The notes beneath the pieces are model-generated. The model ran no database searches and had not been told where the DNA came from. It worked only from the letters and a program-made list of their open reading frames with translations. From NCBI GenBank assembly GCA_001717025.1, contig MAGU01000051.1, forward strand, positions 227 through 64,226: a stretch of 64,000 nucleotides of DNA, given 5' to 3'. Position numbers and translations under genes: made by a program. The stretch comes from Candidatus Methanomethylicus oleisabuli. GTDB taxonomy: Archaea; Thermoproteota; Methanomethylicia; Methanomethylicales; Methanomethylicaceae. Shown here in pieces: positions 57,936 through 64,000 of the stretch (its first letter is position 1; the number at the start of each line of letters is the position of its first letter).

Positions 57936-58331
57936 TTGGTCGTGGTGAGCCTTTCTATTCCCGATGAGCTGCTGGCGGATCTAGACACGGTTCTGGGCGA
58001 GGGGAGGTCGGCAAGCCGATCTGAGGTCATCAGGCAGGCTCTGAGGAATTACATCTCCGAGTACAGGGAGCTCAGCGAGATGAGAGGAGTCGTCATCGCT
58101 ACCATAACCGTCCTCTACGACAAGGAAGAGAAGAACGATGGGCACCTCGGCCTGCAGCACGAATTCGGAGAAATAATCACCTCCTACCTGCACTCCCATC
58201 TGAGCGATGACAGTTGCCTCGAGGTGATGGTGATTAAAGGCGACGCCTCACGGCTGAAGCAGCTGATCGACGGCCTGAAGGCGGACCTCCACTTGAAGAA
58301 CATGAAGTTCTCCGTTATGGTTGAGGGTTAG
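57936..58331 (+). CDS. nikR: NikR-family metal-responsive transcriptional regulator (RHH + ACT-like domain)
   Basis: The N-terminal RHH is VSLSIPDELLADLDTVLGEGRSASRSEVIRQAL. The C-terminal metal-binding domain has HEFGE...HSHL...C residues corresponding to NikR His/Cys ligands. Confidence 0.75.
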   Translation: MVVVSLSIPDELLADLDTVLGEGRSASRSEVIRQALRNYISEYRELSEMRGVVIATITVLYDKEEKNDGHLGLQHEFGEIITSYLHSHLSDDSCLEVMVIKGDASRLKQLIDGLKADLHLKNMKFSVMVEG

Positions 58332-58393
58332 TGTTGCCGCCTCCATATCTGACCATCGCCATCGCCCACACGGTATATCGTGCACCATTCGCC

Positions 58394-59272
58394 TCAGGAC
58401 ACTAGGAGTATTGCCAAACCGACGAGTGCCCCGCCCAGCACCCCGATGGGGGAGAGCGCCTCTCCTAGAAACGCCGATGATGCTATTGTCGCCATGACGA
58501 TCTCAAGGAGCATTATGACCCCCGTATTTACTATGGTGAGTGCCTTTAGCGCCCTGTAGAAGAGGAAGAATGCAACGATGGTGCAGAAGACCGCAGTGTA
58601 TGCCACCGATGCGAGGGCGATGGGGGTTGGCGAGAAGCCGAAGCTTGAGAATGCAAGGAAGGGCAGGACCGTCAACGCAGACGTCAGCGTCATGGATTCG
58701 GTCACCTCCATAGCCGTCATCTGCAGCTGCGTAGCCGCCTTCTTGTTATAGATCATGGAGTATGCCCATACGATTCCCCCTGCAAATATCATCGTGTCGC
58801 CGATCCGCTACCCGTCAAGGATCATTGAGACGTCGCCGGCGGTCGTTATAATGAAAACTCCAAGTAGCCCAATGGCTATTCCTGCCTTAGCCTTGGGCTT
58901 GACCTTCTCACCCAGGTTCAATGCGCTGAATGTTGCCATGAACACGACATTGACGTTGACAAGGAGCGATGCATTCGTCGCGGTGGTGAAGTTGAGGCCG
59001 AATGCCTCCATGACGAAGCCCAAGCCGTTAGTTATGCCGAGTATCCAAGGGGTCTTCCCTGAAACCAGCCTGCGAATGGGGCGCCTGGTTGCTAGGAGGT
59101 AGAGAATGACAATCAGCGCAGAAAGCACGAACCTCATATCGATGAATAGCAGCGAATCCATCTCCCCTACCGCGACCTTAATCACCGGGAATGAGCTGCC
59201 CCACGCCGCTACCGATATCAGCAAGCCCGCTACGGCGCCGGTCTTCGAGTCCGTGGTCAACCATCCCATCAC
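58394..59272 (-). pseudogene. EamA/DMT-family transporter interrupted by a single in-frame TAG
   Basis: ORFs 58808..59272 and 58394..58792 are in the same frame. Each equals one EamA repeat (5 TM). They are separated by a TAG at 58808-58810 plus 5 codons. Confidence 0.5.
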
Positions 59273-60339
59273 GCAGGCCTCCCCACCAGTATGTTGTCCT
59301 TGGTCCTGAGCAGCCGGACCCTCAAATCAATGCCCTGATCAAGCTCCGCGCCGACCAGCGTGACCAACCTCTTCCTGTCTCTCGTTGCCGCTAGGGTCTC
59401 CCCCCTCAGCCATCCTGGCCCTATGACCCTTACGCCCACCTTCTCCCCCTGCCGATAGGGGACCGGGAGCGCATTGGCGGGCCTTATCCCGAAGTCCGAG
59501 CGTCTCAGCACAAGGTTTGCCCCTTCCTCGAGCCCGACCTCCCGCATCCTGCGGTAGAAGTCATACCACGAGACCTGCCTCATCTCCCTCGTCCTTCTGC
59601 CGTGTGGGTGGAACTCGCACTTCTGTATGCCCAACATGGGCCACCTCTTGCCGGCGCCGACCTCCTTTGCGAGCCGAACGAGCTTGCCGAGCTCGCCGTC
59701 GTTGATGGGGTGGACCCAGACCGGCGCCACCAGAAGGTCCATGCGGGTCTCGGAACAGATATGCCTGGCGGTCCTGACTACTTTCAGCAGGTCGTAGCTT
59801 GGGGTACCTGCGAGCAGCCTCGCCTGCTCCGGATCGGTCGAGTCTATGGACAGGTTGATCCTGTCGAGCCCGGCATCTGCGAGCTCGGTCGCATTCTCCT
59901 CGTCCATTAGTGCGCCGTGGGTCTGGAGCGATATTGTGGTAACGCCGTCCGTGTCTGCCAGCCCTTGGACCAGGTCCGCGAGCCTGGGGTACGTGAAGGG
60001 GTCACCAACGGTATCGATGTGCGCCTCTACGCCGTTACCCTTCATCGCAACCATTGCCTTGAACCATTCCAGCAGGTGGTCCAGGCCGACTATATACTCT
60101 GACCTGCGCCTGTGACTGCAAGGCCCGGCGTCCGTGGAGCAGAATATGCAGCTCAGAGGGCATGATGAAGACGGCCTCACCTGCACCACGTTTGTCCCCC
60201 TGTCTATCAGGCCGAACGCCACCGAGCCGACTAGTGGCGCGTCATCTGGAACCTCGAAGAGCCGAGCCATGTGCCTTCCTCCAAGAACCGTCAATGCGTT
60301 GCCCACGATCAACTCGTTGCGGGCCACTGGTAGAGTCAT
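59269..60339 (-). CDS. radical SAM domain protein with C-terminal TRAM-like domain
   Basis: CPLSCIFCSTD = CxxxCxxC. The C-terminal GEKVGVRVIGPG...DNILVGRP has a TRAM-like pattern. The internal start MTLPVARN was chosen so the N-terminus does not overlap the divergent acd gene. Confidence 0.65.
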   Translation of the reverse strand: MTLPVARNELIVGNALTVLGGRHMARLFEVPDDAPLVGSVAFGLIDRGTNVVQVRPSSSCPLSCIFCSTDAGPCSHRRRSEYIVGLDHLLEWFKAMVAMKGNGVEAHIDTVGDPFTYPRLADLVQGLADTDGVTTISLQTHGALMDEENATELADAGLDRINLSIDSTDPEQARLLAGTPSYDLLKVVRTARHICSETRMDLLVAPVWVHPINDGELGKLVRLAKEVGAGKRWPMLGIQKCEFHPHGRRTREMRQVSWYDFYRRMREVGLEEGANLVLRRSDFGIRPANALPVPYRQGEKVGVRVIGPGWLRGETLAATRDRKRLVTLVGAELDQGIDLRVRLLRTKDNILVGRPA

Positions 60340-60415
60340 TGCGTAGCATAGAAATATAAACCGTGGTCCTTTCCTAATACTTCTAAAGCTCGAGAAGGTG
60401 ATTCCCTTGGGTGAC

Positions 60416-61780
60416 ATGGATCTGATGTTCAATCCGAAGAGCATAGCCGTAATAGGCGCATCGAGGAACCCCAAGAAGATAGGCTACGAGTTGGTTAGCA
60501 ACATACTCGCCGGCGGATACGAGGGCAAGCTCTACCCTGTCAACACTGAGGGCGCCGAGATCATGGGCATGAAGTCCTACACCTCTGTTATGGACGTGCC
60601 GGGGGAGGTCGACTTGGCAGTAATCGCCGTGCCGGCGGTTTACGTCCCCGATATCATGGAGGAGTGCGGCAAAAAGGGCATAAAGACCGCGCTCGTCATA
60701 AGCTCGGGCTTCAAGGAGATGGGCAACGAGGAGCTCGAGTCGAAGCTGCTGTCGATCGCAAGGCGGCACGGCATCAGGATGCTCGGTCCAAACATCTTCG
60801 GCCTGTATTACTCGCCGTCGCGGATGAATGCGACATTCGGTCTATCGAGCGTCTTCCCCGGCGGCATCGCGTTCATAACCCAGAGCGGGGCGCTGGGCAT
60901 TGCAATGATGGGCTGGACGAACCTATACCGGATAGGCGTCTCGGCAGTGGTGAGCATGGGGAACAAGGCGGACATAGAGGAGTCGGACATGCTGGACTAC
61001 TTCAAAGACGACCCTCACACGAAGGCCATTCTCATGTATATCGAGGGCGCAAAGGACGGGAGGCGCCTCATAGACTCCATCAAGAGGACCACCATCACGA
61101 AGCCTGTCGTTGCTCTCAAGTCCGGCAGGACCGAAAAGGGCGCCTCGGCTGCCGCGTCGCACACCGGCTCACTCGCCGGGTCAGACCGCATATACGACGC
61201 CGCATTCAGGCAAGGCGGCGCCCTGCGTGCCTCCGACTTTGCCCAAGCCTTCGACTGGGTCAAGCTGATGACCGCCCAGCCGCCACCGCCAAGCGAGAAC
61301 TGCCTGATACTGACGAACGGTGGCGGCGTCGGCGTCATGACGACGGACGCATGCGAGGAATCGGGCGTGAACGTCTGGCCACTGCCGGACGGCCTACAGG
61401 CCGAATTCAAGAAGTTCATACCCATCTTCGGCAACTTCAAGAACCCCGTCGACCTAACGGGGCAGGCATACGAGGAGAGCTACTACAGATCGGTCGAGCT
61501 ATCCCTGAAGGACCCGCGCATAGGTTCGGTGATCGTGCTGTACTGCCAGACGGCAATCACTGACCCAGTATCGATTGCGAAATCCGTCATAGACGCCTGC
61601 GAGGCAGGGCACTGCGGCAAGACCATCCTGTCAAGCTTCATTGGCGGATCCCAGTGCGACGATGCGATGAAGAAGCTGGACGAGCACGGCATCCCTTCTT
61701 ACCCTATACCTGAGCGGGCGGTATCATCTCTGGCCGCATACTACAGGTGGCAGCGATTCAAGCAGAGGCACGGTCGGTAA
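60416..61780 (+). CDS. ADP-forming acetyl-CoA synthetase alpha subunit-like (CoA-binding + succinyl-CoA-synthetase-like domains)
   Basis: FNPKSIAVIGASRNPKKIGY (CoA-binding Rossmann) and a GGGVGVMTTDACE region. Length is about 455 aa. Confidence 0.7.
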   Translation: MDLMFNPKSIAVIGASRNPKKIGYELVSNILAGGYEGKLYPVNTEGAEIMGMKSYTSVMDVPGEVDLAVIAVPAVYVPDIMEECGKKGIKTALVISSGFKEMGNEELESKLLSIARRHGIRMLGPNIFGLYYSPSRMNATFGLSSVFPGGIAFITQSGALGIAMMGWTNLYRIGVSAVVSMGNKADIEESDMLDYFKDDPHTKAILMYIEGAKDGRRLIDSIKRTTITKPVVALKSGRTEKGASAAASHTGSLAGSDRIYDAAFRQGGALRASDFAQAFDWVKLMTAQPPPPSENCLILTNGGGVGVMTTDACEESGVNVWPLPDGLQAEFKKFIPIFGNFKNPVDLTGQAYEESYYRSVELSLKDPRIGSVIVLYCQTAITDPVSIAKSVIDACEAGHCGKTILSSFIGGSQCDDAMKKLDEHGIPSYPIPERAVSSLAAYYRWQRFKQRHGR

Positions 61781-61799
61781 ACCGCGGACGAAGAGTCGC

Positions 61800-62420
61800 T
61801 CAGTCCCACCACTTCTTGGATAGCGGCATGGCTAGGATCTCCCTTATCTCGAGCCTCTTCTCCCTGTCCTTCGAAAAGACCATCCCCGGGAACGTGGACC
61901 TGATTACCGCGGCAGTGTCCGCACCCCTGCCGCTGCCGCCGACCCCTATGACGTCCTTGTAAGGCTCGAGCACGCCGCAGTCGACCGCGGAGAGGACGAC
62001 CTCGACCGCGACCTTCATCCCCTGACCGAACGCGTACAGCGTGTCCCTGAACGCCTGCTCCAGCGTCGGCACCTTCAGCAGCGAATCGTCGTAGACGCCG
62101 CCATGCAGCACGTAAGGCGCCTTGTCGAGCACTATCACTCCGAGCTCTTCAAGCTCCGCCTTGATCTTCTCATCCATGCACGGCCACTCCGCGCCCATCT
62201 CCCTCCTGAATGCGCTCTCGGAGACGCAGATTATTCGCGCCTGGTCCTTTATCACATTCGCGAACTCTAGCGCGGTCGCGCCGGATGAGCTGGCGACGAC
62301 CACGTCGCGTATGCCGCTCCTCTCGATGTGCTTGTTCACCGCCTCCGCCACGAGGTTGGTGTTCGCCTCGCCCGGCTTCTCAAAATGGTAAACCTCGCGG
62401 ATCTTGAACGTCATGCGCAC
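61800..62420 (-). CDS. conserved hypothetical protein (possible pyruvate-kinase C-terminal-like alpha/beta domain)
   Basis: 206-aa soluble ORF. Weak resemblance to stand-alone PK_C-like archaeal proteins. Tentative. Confidence 0.35.
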   Translation of the reverse strand: MRMTFKIREVYHFEKPGEANTNLVAEAVNKHIERSGIRDVVVASSSGATALEFANVIKDQARIICVSESAFRREMGAEWPCMDEKIKAELEELGVIVLDKAPYVLHGGVYDDSLLKVPTLEQAFRDTLYAFGQGMKVAVEVVLSAVDCGVLEPYKDVIGVGGSGRGADTAAVIRSTFPGMVFSKDREKRLEIREILAMPLSKKWWD

Positions 62421-62644
62421 CCCTCAGGTGTCTTGTGTCGCGATCCCCTTTTAAGCATGCCCTTCCTTCGTTTCGATTCGCAGACGGTGGACCGTACAGT
62501 TTCCGATTTCCTACAAATGCAATGGTGAATTATGACATAATGAGGATGCAATTCTTTCTGCGCGTGTTTGGTTCTTCATATTTTTATGCGCTTTTCTGAC
62601 AATACTTAAATATTCCATATGACCCCTCTATAGCGGTCGTAACT

Positions 62645-63076
62645 ATGGCTGTGATAGACGAGCTCGACTCAAAGATCATCGATCTGCTCTCAAAGGACGC
62701 CGGACAGTCCTACTCGGAGATCGCTAGGGCACTCAACCAGAACGAGTCCACCATCAGGAAGCGCGTCATAGCCCTGAGGGGGAAGGGCGTGATCAAGAAA
62801 TTCTCGTGCGTCGTTGACCACCTGAAGTTGGGCTACAACACGATTGCTATAGTCGGGCTAGACGTCGACCCAAGCCTCCTGCTGGACGTCGCGCAGAAGC
62901 TCGCCGACATGAGCGAGACCAAGTCTGTGGCAACATCGACCGGCGACCACATGCTCATGGCAGAGGTCTGGGCCAAGGACGGGAGAGACCTATCGCAGAC
63001 ACTCTCGAGGATGGGCGCCATAACGGGCGTAAAGAGGCTCTGCCCTGCAATACTGCTTGAGAAGATCAAAGAGTAG
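62645..63076 (+). CDS. Lrp/AsnC family transcriptional regulator
   Basis: N-terminal HTH (LDSKIIDLLSKDAGQSYSEIARALNQNESTIRKRV) and a C-terminal RAM domain. 143 aa. Confidence 0.85.
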   Translation: MAVIDELDSKIIDLLSKDAGQSYSEIARALNQNESTIRKRVIALRGKGVIKKFSCVVDHLKLGYNTIAIVGLDVDPSLLLDVAQKLADMSETKSVATSTGDHMLMAEVWAKDGRDLSQTLSRMGAITGVKRLCPAILLEKIKE

Positions 63077-63147
63077 AAAGCAGTAAATGAATAAAAAAGG
63101 GAGAAAGAAAGGAAAGAGGCTAGTGCCTATCTATGATATCTACCTCA

Positions 63148-63597
63148 CTAAACCAATAATGAGTCCATTACTATGTTGTGGTAGTAGTTGTCTGTAAGGA
63201 GGATTATCTGCGGCTGGCTTGCCTCATAACCCTCTGCGTAAGCAAAGATCAGCGCTGGCGAGAATGGATATGCGCGGATGTCCCAATTATAATTATATTC
63301 TAGCGCCTCATTATAGCCGAAACAGTAAAAGCCATTTCCATCAGTGGTAGTTGTCGCTATCTCAACGCTTCCTATTGCGCTGCCAACAGGAGCTTGCACG
63401 GCATCCCCGAAGAATACCAAGACTACGGTTGCGCTCTCTATTAGCGTTCCATTATCCGCGTGCACGTAGCCGCTTATAGTCATGCGTTGTGGGTGGATGA
63501 ATCCCTGATCCACGGTTGCCTGCCCTGCTGCTACTGCGGGCATGACGAGCGCCGCAATCATGACTGCTGCTAATATTCCCACTCCATATTTATTCAT
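63148..63597 (-). CDS. secreted protein with carboxypeptidase-regulatory-like (CarboxypepD_reg) beta-sandwich domain
   Basis: Signal peptide. SGYVHADNGTLIESATVVL...TTDGNGFY matches the GxVxDxxGxPIxxAxVxL...TDxxGxY pattern. Confidence 0.5.
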   Translation of the reverse strand: MNKYGVGILAAVMIAALVMPAVAAGQATVDQGFIHPQRMTISGYVHADNGTLIESATVVLVFFGDAVQAPVGSAIGSVEIATTTTDGNGFYCFGYNEALEYNYNWDIRAYPFSPALIFAYAEGYEASQPQIILLTDNYYHNIVMDSLLV

Positions 63598-63683
63598 AGA
63601 AGCTCCCTCTTTTTGCAATTATCACTTCCTTGCTGCCATATAAAAAGGTTTACGCAAACGCCTCTTTTTCACCGATTGTATCC

Positions 63684-64000
63684 TTAACCCACCATGGCTC
63701 GGTTATCTTTTGTGCAGTTTTCACCTATTATCTTGGTCCTCTTCAGTAGCAGCGAATTGGTCACGACCGAGACCGAGCTCAATGCCATCGCGAGCGACGC
63801 GATCTCCGGTCTCAGCACCAGCGCGGGGTAGAGCACTCCCGCGGCTATGGGGATGCCGGCGGAGTTGTAGACCATCGCCCAGAACATGTTCTGCCTTATC
63901 TTGCTAACGGTCTTCTTGCTCAACCTTATCGCGGCAGCGACCCCGCTCAGGTCCCCCCTGGTCAGGACTATCCCCCCCGCCTCCTTCGCTATCTCCGTCC
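63684..64000 (-). CDS. heavy-metal P-type ATPase, C-terminal fragment (gene continues beyond window end)
   Basis: IRQNMFWAMVYNSAGIPIAAGVLYP...AMALSSVSVVTNSLLLKR is the conserved C-terminal TM region of P1B-ATPases. The reading frame stays open to position 64000. Confidence 0.75.
   Translation of the reverse strand, partial: TEIAKEAGGIVLTRGDLSGVAAAIRLSKKTVSKIRQNMFWAMVYNSAGIPIAAGVLYPALVLRPEIASLAMALSSVSVVTNSLLLKRTKIIGENCTKDNRAMVG

Noticed and set aside
58394-59272. Pyrrolysine recoding of the in-frame TAG as the primary explanation
   Set aside because: No pyl genes or methylamine methyltransferases are in the window, and the other broken gene uses TAA. Pseudogene or assembly error is simpler. 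It is retained only as an alternative in the finding.
59269-60474. Full-length 401-aa radical SAM ORF and 460-aa acd ORF as listed
   Set aside because: Their 5' ends would overlap divergently by 76 nt. Internal starts (60339 and 60416) give canonical N-termini for both proteins.
60664-61563. 299-aa Arg-rich ORF in an alternative frame of the acetyl-CoA synthetase gene
   Set aside because: Extreme Arg/His composition is typical of an off-frame reading of GC-rich coding DNA. The in-frame product has clear CoA-binding motifs.
1-64000. CRISPR array, rRNA or tRNA genes
   Set aside because: No regularly spaced direct repeats of 25-40 bp were seen. No tRNA cloverleaf candidate with GTTCGAATC-type T-loop in an intergenic region was found. 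No rRNA-like conserved stretches were seen.

Overview
This is a 64-kb chromosomal segment that looks archaeal (euryarchaeote-like). Archaeal signatures include a PGF-CTERM/archaeosortase pair, an ADP-forming acetyl-CoA synthetase, MoeA with a PBP-like fusion, an AbrB-PhoU protein, and AT-rich TATA elements about 27 nt upstream of start codons in an otherwise GC-rich (~58-60%) background.

Coding density is high and content is mostly housekeeping:
- a long purine-biosynthesis operon on the minus strand (purF, a purF paralog, purD, purT, purE, purS, purL, purQ), with purC beside it and purB and a PurM-like gene elsewhere;
- two MoeA paralogs plus a molybdate/tungstate ABC transporter;
- a Zn-type metal ABC transporter followed by NikR;
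- Mrp/ApbC, mevalonate kinase, DinB, an M32 carboxypeptidase, a SatP acetate channel and an Lrp/AsnC regulator.

The most unusual locus is a tightly packed 9-gene operon (about 18.8-26.5 kb). It encodes a group 4, energy-converting [NiFe]-hydrogenase: a large subunit with all four Ni-Fe cysteine ligands, a HycG-like small subunit, NuoH- and NuoL-like membrane subunits, and HycB- and HycF-like ferredoxins. Embedded in it is an HdrB-type protein with two fully intact CCG domains, and there is no formate dehydrogenase or CODH partner. This suggests a membrane-bound hydrogenase wired to a disulfide or quinone-type reductase module.

Other points of interest:
- a small archaeosortase next to a PGF-CTERM, transglutaminase-like secreted protein;
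- two SPPY-motif DNA methyltransferases with different motif orders; one sits in a low-GC islet beside a disrupted gene and a triple zinc-ribbon protein, the other is followed by an RHH regulator;
- a PurF paralog with the catalytic Cys1 replaced by Ala;
- an EamA transporter split by a single in-frame TAG;
- a secreted triple-repeat glycoprotein with a recent intragenic DNA duplication;
- an ORF-poor 1-kb GC-rich stretch containing a microsatellite.

No CRISPR array, tRNA or rRNA could be supported by eye. The ORF track uses alternative start codons, so several true starts probably lie internal to the listed ORFs.
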